Below are positions 1 to 6,605 of a DNA stretch of 60,271 bases, one piece after another. Position numbers and translations under genes: made by a program. This stretch comes from a virus (lineage: Duplodnaviria > Caudoviricetes), in the IMG/VR virus record IMGVR_UViG_3300032282_003042, positions 1-60,271 of that record; one strand, given 5' to 3'. The notes beneath the pieces are model-generated. The model was not told the origin of the DNA and made no database searches. It was given only the letters and a program-made list of their open reading frames with translations. How positions within the stretch are numbered: the first letter of the stretch is position 1; each line of letters begins with the position of its first letter.

Positions 1-80
1 GAGTAGCTAAAGAAACATGGATAGATCGAACAACTACACAAGATTCTACAACAAACTCTATATCTGTCTTTACTCAGTAG
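1..80 (+). CDS. 3' end of a hypothetical protein (partial, ...VAKETWIDRTTTQDSTTNSISVFTQ*)
   Basis: Open frame from position 3 to TAG at 78-80, overlapping the next gene; truncated by the window edge. Confidence 0.55.
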   Translation, partial: VAKETWIDRTTTQDSTTNSISVFTQ

Positions 81-613
81 TATTTGCTGGAAGTGCTTTT
101 GCTCAAGCAACTCAAGCACCATCTAACACAAACATTGCTGGTCCTTCAGCATCTGCTACTGGTAACGTGACTAACCAGGCAGTTCAAGTATTACAAGGAC
201 CATACGCAATGAACACATATGGGAATGGAGTTTCTTGCCAAGGTGCTACATTTTCATTATCTCCATTTGTATTGAAAAGTGGAAACTCAAGTGAAGATCC
301 AGCAACATTTACAACAAGTAGCCAAAATTGGGGAATTTCTGCTGGGATTAATGTGCCACTCGATAGTACATTAATGGAATTGTGCAAAGAAAGAGCACGA
401 ACAGAAATTAAAAGACAGAATGCTGAAGCAGATAAAGCACGTTTAGATTTTGAATTAGTTAGATTAATTAAATGTGGAGAAGCAATTAAATCTGGTGTTA
501 CCTTCCACCCAAATTCTCCTTACGCCAGAATATGTTCTGATGTAGTTGTAAGGTATCCGCAGATAAATACTACAGTAACTACGTTACAAAATAATGGCAA
601 AGTCAAAGAATAA
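17..613 (+). CDS. hypothetical exported protein
   Basis: 198-aa ORF; hydrophobic N-terminal stretch ending in an AFA signal-peptidase-like site; several Cys residues; true start uncertain. Confidence 0.75.
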   Translation: MDRSNNYTRFYNKLYICLYSVVFAGSAFAQATQAPSNTNIAGPSASATGNVTNQAVQVLQGPYAMNTYGNGVSCQGATFSLSPFVLKSGNSSEDPATFTTSSQNWGISAGINVPLDSTLMELCKERARTEIKRQNAEADKARLDFELVRLIKCGEAIKSGVTFHPNSPYARICSDVVVRYPQINTTVTTLQNNGKVKE

Positions 614-698
614 AGGTAGTAAAGTAGCCAAGAAACCTAAACAGAATCAAGGAAATGCTACTGCCAAGAAAGCAAAAAATGGTGGCAAAAAAAAGTGA
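594..698 (+). CDS. small, highly basic peptide (34 aa, MAKSKNKGSKVAKKPKQNQGNATAKKAKNGGKKK)
   Basis: Read by hand: ATG at 594 to TGA at 696-698; fills the gap between two co-oriented genes; below the ORF-track cutoff. Confidence 0.6.
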   Translation: MAKSKNKGSKVAKKPKQNQGNATAKKAKNGGKKK

Positions 699-704
699 GG
701 TGTT

Positions 705-896
705 ATGCCAAGAGAATGGAATACTCCTATAAGAGAACCGTGGAATCCTGTAATCAAAAAATGCCTTGACGCTGTTGATGAGCACGTCAGATTGCACATT
801 AAAACAGGAGATGAGTGGCATTTATCACAAGCAGAAACATTAAGAAAATATGTAAAAAATTTAAAAGTTTGGATACATAAACAAGAGGGAAGATGA
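705..896 (+). CDS. hypothetical protein
   Basis: 63-aa ORF with GAGGT RBS upstream; operon packing. Confidence 0.75.
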   Translation: MPREWNTPIREPWNPVIKKCLDAVDEHVRLHIKTGDEWHLSQAETLRKYVKNLKVWIHKQEGR

Positions 897-1045
897 CTAA
901 TGTAGTTTGGAGTGTTAATATTTTACTCTGTATTGGATTATTGGGAACTGCATGGTCCATTTATTATATACTAAGACTAGCATATCTGGAGACAAAAAAT
1001 GAAAAACCTAGCACTCATTCTATCAGCAACAAGTTTAACAATTAG
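893..1045 (+). CDS. small membrane protein (50 aa, MTNVVWSVNILLCIGLLGTAWSIYYILRLAY...)
   Basis: ATGA overlap with the upstream stop, GAGG RBS, one TM segment; read by hand. Confidence 0.6.
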   Translation: MTNVVWSVNILLCIGLLGTAWSIYYILRLAYLETKNEKPSTHSISNKFNN

Positions 1046-1211
1046 TGGAGCACTTTGCTATGGTGCTTACATAACTTATCAGAAGGCACAGAAGATTTTA
1101 GATAACCCAGAAGAGTTTGTTGGTGCTGTGGTAGAGAAACAAGTATCAAAAGCATTGGAAAAATTATCCATACCTAAACTAAATAGTAATGTATTCAAGT
1201 TACCATTTTAA
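999..1211 (+). CDS. hypothetical membrane-anchored protein
   Basis: 70-aa ORF with GGAG RBS and an N-terminal hydrophobic segment. Confidence 0.7.
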   Translation: MKNLALILSATSLTISGALCYGAYITYQKAQKILDNPEEFVGAVVEKQVSKALEKLSIPKLNSNVFKLPF

Positions 1212-1216
1212 TCATA

Positions 1217-2149
1217 ATGTCTATTACAAACACCACATATAGAGTTTTTGTCGAAAAACTTGGAAATACAAACCCATCGCAATTTATTGGAAACGAAGGA
1301 GAAGTTTTCTACGACCCCGATGCAGTATCACCATCACTAAAGCTATCTAATGGTTCTACTCCTGGGGGAGTATCCTTTGCTGGTGGTGGAAGTGGTGGTA
1401 ATGCCAACACTGGAGATATAACTTTTAATGCAAATTATCTTGTAGGGACGGGTACTACTTATGGTGGTTCTGGTTTATTCTTTGCTCCTGGTCCAGATTT
1501 TGTAGATGCAGAGAACGAAATTTCAAACGGAACTCAATACGTAAGATTACGTGGTGGTGATACTGCATCCCACATACATTTTGATACTGCAGATAATAGC
1601 AGTTATGATTGGTATTTTGGTGATGATAGTAAATATGTGTTGTTATCTAAAGAAGGTGATATAAAAATTTCAGCTTCGGGTGCTGGTGGTAGTGGTAGAT
1701 GGAGATTTAAACAAAATGGAACATTAAATCTTCCTGGTGGGAGCGATGTTGGGTCTGGGTCTGGAACTTATTTAAGTTCTGTGGGCACAATTTGTAGAAG
1801 TTCTGGACAATCTCAAGTTACTATTTACACAGCAAGTGAAACATGGATGACTACGGTAAAATTACTCATACAAGCCGAAGGTTCAATCTCATCAGGTGGA
1901 TGGCAAACTCAAGCAACAGAACTATTAATAATTAAATCTGTAAATGGACCATCAATACAAGCATTCAAAACTAGTGACATCACTACTGGTGGTATAGACA
2001 ATGATATCTTCATATCAAATTATTTTGTGTCTTTAGTTGATGGAAAAATTACTGTAAATGCAGAACCCATCAATACTGGGCTGATCGATGGGATTAACAC
2101 AAATGTTTGTTTTGCAGTTTCAATTACTGAAATATATTCTAACGATTAA
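1217..2149 (+). CDS. putative virion structural / tail-fibre-like protein
   Basis: 310 aa, Gly/Ser/Thr-rich, beta-rich modules separated by Gly linkers; WRFxxNGxLxLPG segment of the kind found in phage fibre proteins. Confidence 0.55.
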   Translation: MSITNTTYRVFVEKLGNTNPSQFIGNEGEVFYDPDAVSPSLKLSNGSTPGGVSFAGGGSGGNANTGDITFNANYLVGTGTTYGGSGLFFAPGPDFVDAENEISNGTQYVRLRGGDTASHIHFDTADNSSYDWYFGDDSKYVLLSKEGDIKISASGAGGSGRWRFKQNGTLNLPGGSDVGSGSGTYLSSVGTICRSSGQSQVTIYTASETWMTTVKLLIQAEGSISSGGWQTQATELLIIKSVNGPSIQAFKTSDITTGGIDNDIFISNYFVSLVDGKITVNAEPINTGLIDGINTNVCFAVSITEIYSND

Positions 2150-2150
2150 A

Positions 2151-2157
2151 CTAAATA
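2151..2157 (+). promoter_or_regulatory. T4-type late promoter variant (CTAAATA)
   Basis: Intergenic TAAATA core about 25 nt upstream of the nuclease ATG. Confidence 0.5.
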
Positions 2158-2182
2158 CTGATAAGTTTAAACTACCATTCTG

Positions 2183-2596
2183 ATGTCATTAAAAGATCCT
2201 TATATCTATCGTATCAAACAAATCACAAAAGTAATCGACGGAGACACAATTGATGCTGACATTGACCTTGGTTTTGATATCTCTCTCAGTAAGCGAATAC
2301 GTCTTGCTGCTGTTGATACTCCAGAGAGTCGCACAGCAGACGCAAACGAAAAGAAATATGGTCTCGAATCAAAAGAATGGTTGAAGCATAAAGTAGAGAA
2401 TGCCAAGAACATTCTAATCAAAACTGAGCTTCCAGATAGTACAGAAAAGTATGGAAGAATCATTGGTCATTTATTCATTAACGACCAAGAGACATCATTG
2501 AATGATCAAATGATTGTCGAAGGTTATGCTTGGGAATATGATGGTGGCACTAAGAAGAAAAACTTTGCTGAATTAGATGCTAAGCGTAAGAAGTAA
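2183..2596 (+). CDS. thermonuclease (SNase-family) nuclease
   Basis: Motifs VIDGDTI, IRLAAVDTPES, EKYGRIIG, LNDQMIVEGYA. Confidence 0.9.
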   Translation: MSLKDPYIYRIKQITKVIDGDTIDADIDLGFDISLSKRIRLAAVDTPESRTADANEKKYGLESKEWLKHKVENAKNILIKTELPDSTEKYGRIIGHLFINDQETSLNDQMIVEGYAWEYDGGTKKKNFAELDAKRKK

Positions 2597-3346
2597 TTAC
2601 TTACCCAAGTTATGCTGACGTTTCTTTTCTAGTTTAAATTCTTTTTTTAACTTCTTGGCAACTGCTTTCATCTGCTTATCTTTTTCAAAAGCAAAAAATA
2701 ATTGTAACTCATAGTCAGTTAAATCTTTGGATAGAAGTTTCTTACCACGAATCCAAAGTTGATTGGCAATTGGTTTAAAGAACTTCAACAGGAATTCCAC
2801 GGCAGACTTGCCTAGGAGCGCCGCCGCGGTCGCTGCCATCGCTGTGGTGCCTGCCAGTGCCACTTCCTTGTTTGTGGGCACTGGAACCGCTCCTAGGATA
2901 GGCACATGTATCTCTGCTGATATAGGTTTGTCTGTGGTTTGTTGGATATCAGTTGATTCTGATTTATCTTGTGATTGAGCAACTTTAATTGCTGGCATTA
3001 TTGGCGGAGGAGAATCAGGAAGTTTTCTTTCCTTTTCTTCTTTTTCGTGCTGTTCTTTTTGTTTTTCTGCTCGTACAGCTGCATCAAATTCTTCCTGTGT
3101 TGGTACATTAATCACAGGATATTTAATAGAAGGGTCTGGCGCCTCAAATACAGGAAGCGCCAAACCATTGGTAACAGGAACCTGAGTTTTAGCTGGCGGT
3201 AGTTGCTCTACTATAGTCGGGAGAATCCCCTGCACCGCATTCTGGGCAACCTTCGGTTGCTGTAGCGGCGATAGTTGGCTCGGTTGGAGCTGGGGTATCG
3301 ACGATGAATTCAGGTTCTGGATTCCTTCCAGTGGGTTTATCGGCAT
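2597..3346 (-). CDS. proline-rich hypothetical protein with a C-proximal hydrophobic segment
   Basis: 249-aa ORF; Pro/Gln-rich N-terminal half, Ala-rich hydrophobic helix, basic C-terminus; last gene of the putative lysis operon. Confidence 0.7.
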   Translation of the reverse strand: MPINPLEGIQNLNSSSIPQLQPSQLSPLQQPKVAQNAVQGILPTIVEQLPPAKTQVPVTNGLALPVFEAPDPSIKYPVINVPTQEEFDAAVRAEKQKEQHEKEEKERKLPDSPPPIMPAIKVAQSQDKSESTDIQQTTDKPISAEIHVPILGAVPVPTNKEVALAGTTAMAATAAALLGKSAVEFLLKFFKPIANQLWIRGKKLLSKDLTDYELQLFFAFEKDKQMKAVAKKLKKEFKLEKKRQHNLGK

Positions 3347-3542
3347 CTTCTTTATCTTCTCCCTTCTTCAATGTGTCAACTCCAAAGGTTGCTGCGGCAG
3401 CAGTGAATACTGTAGCAATAAATGTAGGGTCCATCTTAGCGAGTAGACCAGCATAACTAGCAGTGAGAAGAGCAGCACTCCAACTCAAAACACTAATCCT
3501 AATAATTGTGCTCATACATTTTTCCTTTTTGTTTTCGTTCAT
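3189..3542 (-). CDS. two-TM membrane protein, holin candidate
   Basis: Two hydrophobic segments and a charged tail; directly downstream of the lysozyme; AGGA RBS. Confidence 0.55.
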   Translation of the reverse strand: MNENKKEKCMSTIIRISVLSWSAALLTASYAGLLAKMDPTFIATVFTAAAATFGVDTLKKGEDKEDADKPTGRNPEPEFIVDTPAPTEPTIAATATEGCPECGAGDSPDYSRATTAS

Positions 3543-3559
3543 TGTCCTTTAACGTGAGG

Positions 3560-4231
3560 TTAACCTTTTTTCCAAGCTTCACCTTCTGCTTTTCTTCTAC
3601 GTGCTAGTCCTGCTTCTACATTTGAACCAGGATTTCTGTAGAGGTAAAGCGCATCAGGCACCTTATCCCATTCTTTATTTTTTAGAACACGAGTAATAGT
3701 ATTAAAATTATCACCACCATAAAAACCAGCGCCAAGATTATAGGCGAAAGAAAGTAGAGCACCTCTTTTACCATCAGACATCTCATTCCAGTGAGGAATT
3801 TTACGAAGTGCTGGTAAGAAATGTTTTTTTGCCTCATCAATCAGTAGCTCATCTGCTTCTGCTTGTGTGATGCTATCACCCATATGGAATGGCGAACCAT
3901 CTTTCTTGCGAGTGCATCCCCAACCAATCGTGATTGGCAGACCACCAGAAAGAGGGTCTGGATATGCATTCAATCTGCATCCTTCAAACTCTTTTACTAG
4001 TTTGATGCCCATTTGTGGAACATCATCACCACCAACTACGGGAGCGGCAACAGATGGTGCTGATGCTGGTGCCGCATTACCCTTTTTTCCTCTATAAATC
4101 TCCGCCCAATCAATGTTATCATCTAGATATTTGACTGGTAAATTATCTTCTAACCACTGAACAGCTTTAACGTGATTAGGGTTCTTCTCGTCGTAAAACT
4201 TGAAGAAGTTGTGTAAATCGATTCTTGCCAT
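3560..4231 (-). CDS. endolysin, GH24 (phage lysozyme) muramidase with an N-terminal accessory domain
   Basis: Catalytic E-x8-D-x-T region (EFEGCRLNAYPDP...ITIGWG), ALLSFAYNLG and GLARRRKAE motifs. Confidence 0.92.
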   Translation of the reverse strand: MARIDLHNFFKFYDEKNPNHVKAVQWLEDNLPVKYLDDNIDWAEIYRGKKGNAAPASAPSVAAPVVGGDDVPQMGIKLVKEFEGCRLNAYPDPLSGGLPITIGWGCTRKKDGSPFHMGDSITQAEADELLIDEAKKHFLPALRKIPHWNEMSDGKRGALLSFAYNLGAGFYGGDNFNTITRVLKNKEWDKVPDALYLYRNPGSNVEAGLARRRKAEGEAWKKG

Positions 4232-4249
4232 TGTTGTTCTCCTTAGTTA

Positions 4250-4921
4250 TCAATCAAAAATACGACCCCAACCATCGTTGCCACCTGGGCACCAACGATG
4301 CTTGAGCATTGCTTTTGTATAAATGGTCTTATTACCATTTGTTACTGGACCAGTATAGTTATCATTACATGAACCATAAGGATCATTAATAAAGTAACCT
4401 TTTTCATCTGGTGTTTTACCAATCACTACAACCATGTGCCCACCAGTAGGTGCAGATAAAGAACCACGGTGAAGGATACCAATAACGACAGGCTTCCCAG
4501 CATCGAGACTCTTATCAATATCAGCGAAAGAAAGATTGTAACTAAAGTGTGACTTAACACCATAACCCGCAAGAACCTTTGTCTGAACAGCATGGTCAGT
4601 GGTGTCGCCAATTGCAAATACTTTCTTAACATATTCGTCATCTCCTTTAATGCTTCCTGGCTTGAGGAAAGCAAGGCACATAGCACACGATGAACTGTTA
4701 CAAGTTCTATGTGCGTCTCTATAGTTATCTACTTGATTGAAATATGGAACTGCTAGAACTGCTGGTGTAGGTGGTTTAGTTCTAAAAATTCCAATCCATT
4801 CTGATTCTGAATCATCAAGGAATTGAGCAGGTAGGTTATCCTCTAACCATTGAACTGCTGCCACATGATTATCATTATTGTCATCATAAAATTTAAAAAA
4901 GTTATGAAGGTCTAACGTCAT
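4250..4921 (-). CDS. C39-like cysteine peptidase (putative second lysin)
   Basis: VPYFNQ, TCNSSSCAM (catalytic Cys), GGHMVVV (His), INDPYG (Asp); ATG at 4921 with GGAG RBS. Confidence 0.85.
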   Translation of the reverse strand: MTLDLHNFFKFYDDNNDNHVAAVQWLEDNLPAQFLDDSESEWIGIFRTKPPTPAVLAVPYFNQVDNYRDAHRTCNSSSCAMCLAFLKPGSIKGDDEYVKKVFAIGDTTDHAVQTKVLAGYGVKSHFSYNLSFADIDKSLDAGKPVVIGILHRGSLSAPTGGHMVVVIGKTPDEKGYFINDPYGSCNDNYTGPVTNGNKTIYTKAMLKHRWCPGGNDGWGRIFD

Positions 4922-5255
4922 TTTTATCTCCGAATAAACGTATAAAGTACTCTGCGTCAACCACTGCTAGTGGTTTTTTTCCATTCTTTTTAATAACGAC
5001 AAGAGGTTCATAGTCACCAGAGTTGACAGATGCTTGTTCATAAGCATCCCATATATTTAGCTTCTCAACATTTTTACATTCAATACTATGAGGAAATTTT
5101 GACCTGGCTGCACGAGCCATGATAAGGTCTTCGCCACCTGCTCCCATGCTACGAGATTCAATATCTTCTGGATGAACTTCAAGCATCTCAATGAGTTTAT
5201 CTCTTACCCATTGTTGCAAACGGCGACCTTTCGCTTTTGCTGACTGTGGATTCAT
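4902..5255 (-). CDS. PD-(D/E)xK nuclease, Holliday-junction-resolvase-like
   Basis: KAKGRRLQ N-terminus, GEDL, SIECKNVE, PLVVIKKN motifs. Confidence 0.7.
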   Translation of the reverse strand: MNPQSAKAKGRRLQQWVRDKLIEMLEVHPEDIESRSMGAGGEDLIMARAARSKFPHSIECKNVEKLNIWDAYEQASVNSGDYEPLVVIKKNGKKPLAVVDAEYFIRLFGDKNDVRPS

Positions 5256-5257
5256 AA

Positions 5258-5286
5258 TAAAAAACCTCCATATAGGAGGTATTTAT
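5258..5286 (-). promoter_or_regulatory. late promoter (ATAAATA) abutting an RBS-sequestering hairpin/terminator
   Basis: Minus strand reads ATAAATA-CCTCC-TATAT-GGAGG-TTTTTT-ATT-ATG. Confidence 0.65.
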
Positions 5287-5424
5287 CTATTCAGTTGAAC
5301 CAAGGATCTGGTATTTTTTCAGTAGAATGTCTAATATCCATCTTTGTTGATGGTTTAGATTCTCTACATTTTCCTGTTGCTCCTGCAGTTTCTTTTGAAT
5401 GTTTTGAAACTTTTTCTTTTTCAC
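5287..5424 (-). CDS. small hypothetical protein (45 aa, MKKKKFQNIQKKLQEQQENVENLNHQQRWILDILLKKYQILGSTE)
   Basis: GTG start overlaps the nrdB stop (GTGA) and the ORF fills the gap exactly; preferred over the track ORF 5291..5482. Confidence 0.5.
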   Translation of the reverse strand: MKKKKFQNIQKKLQEQQENVENLNHQQRWILDILLKKYQILGSTE

Positions 5425-6605
5425 AGTTTAAAACCAGCGAAAGTATCTTTTTTAACATCTTGTTTAATACCTCCAATGACATACGATTCTACTTCTGTTT
5501 CCTGTGGGGCAACTTGAAGACCTTTAGAAGATAACCAATGTTCGGTCCAAGGAAGTGGATTATTATTTAAAGGAACATCAAAAATAGGGTCAAGACCAAT
5601 CGCTTTGAGTCTACGATTAGCAATCCATTCTACATATTTTTGTAGCAATTTTGCATTTAAACCAATCATAGAGCCATCTTTAAATAAATATTCAGCCCAA
5701 AGTTTTTCTTCTTCAACACAATTTTTAAACATTTCATAAACTATATTTTTTTCTTCTTCTGCAATACGTTGCATATCATAATCATCACCTGCTTTCCATT
5801 TGTTAAGAATATTCTGAGTAATCACAAGATGCTGAGATTCATCACGAGCAATTAAACCAATGATTTTAGCGTTTCCTTCCATAAGTTTAAGTTCTCCGAA
5901 AGCAAATGAACAAGCAAAGGAAACATAGAATCTAATACCTTCAAGAATATTTACATTAGCAACAGCACGATACAGTTTACGTTTAAGATCATAAAGAGTT
6001 TCTTTAGCTGCAGGAACACCTTCTAATTGATGTTGCCATTGGTTACCAGCAGAATATTCTTGTGAAGCTTGAATGAAATCATCATATGCTTTAGTTACAC
6101 TTCGAGCACGTTGAAGAATTTGCTCATCGTGAATAATAGTATCAAACACTTCAGTTGGATCCGAGTAAACATTCTTAATAATGTAAGTATAAGAACGACT
6201 ATGAACCATTTCCATAAACTCCCAAACTTTTATACAAGCTTCCAATTCAGGAAGAGAACAATGAGGAGCAAATGCCATACTTGGTCCACGACCCTGAACA
6301 GAATCAAGAAGAATTTGGTATTTTAAATTGGAAGTAAAAATATGTTTTTGTTCGGGACGTAAAGTCTGATAATCTGCACGATCTTTTTGAAGAGACACTT
6401 CTTCTGGTCTCCAAAAATATCCAAGTTGAGTTTGAGTAAGTTTATCAAATACAGGATATTTGAATTGGTCATATCTTTGAACCCCCAAAGGGGAACCAAA
6501 AAACATTGGTTGTTTTAACGCATTAACAACTGATGTATTAAATACAGTCATGCCTTCTATTTTGGTCATGGTTTCGTCTTTGGTTTTAAATTTTACAACT
6601 GTCAC
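5421..6605 (-). CDS. nrdB: ribonucleotide reductase class Ia, beta subunit
   Basis: FWRPEEV, LLDSVQGR, EMVHSRSY, LEGIRFYVSF, RDESQH, APQETE motifs. Confidence 0.97.
   Translation of the reverse strand: MTVVKFKTKDETMTKIEGMTVFNTSVVNALKQPMFFGSPLGVQRYDQFKYPVFDKLTQTQLGYFWRPEEVSLQKDRADYQTLRPEQKHIFTSNLKYQILLDSVQGRGPSMAFAPHCSLPELEACIKVWEFMEMVHSRSYTYIIKNVYSDPTEVFDTIIHDEQILQRARSVTKAYDDFIQASQEYSAGNQWQHQLEGVPAAKETLYDLKRKLYRAVANVNILEGIRFYVSFACSFAFGELKLMEGNAKIIGLIARDESQHLVITQNILNKWKAGDDYDMQRIAEEEKNIVYEMFKNCVEEEKLWAEYLFKDGSMIGLNAKLLQKYVEWIANRRLKAIGLDPIFDVPLNNNPLPWTEHWLSSKGLQVAPQETEVESYVIGGIKQDVKKDTFAGFKL

Noticed and set aside
686-698. Second A_AAA_AAG directly before a stop codon
   Set aside because: The -1 frame gives only a short ORF out of frame with the next gene, and a Lys-Lys-Lys ending explains the sequence
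5291-5482. 63-aa minus-strand ORF from the track
   Set aside because: It overlaps nrdB by 62 nt; the GTG ORF 5287..5424 couples exactly to the nrdB stop and is more plausible
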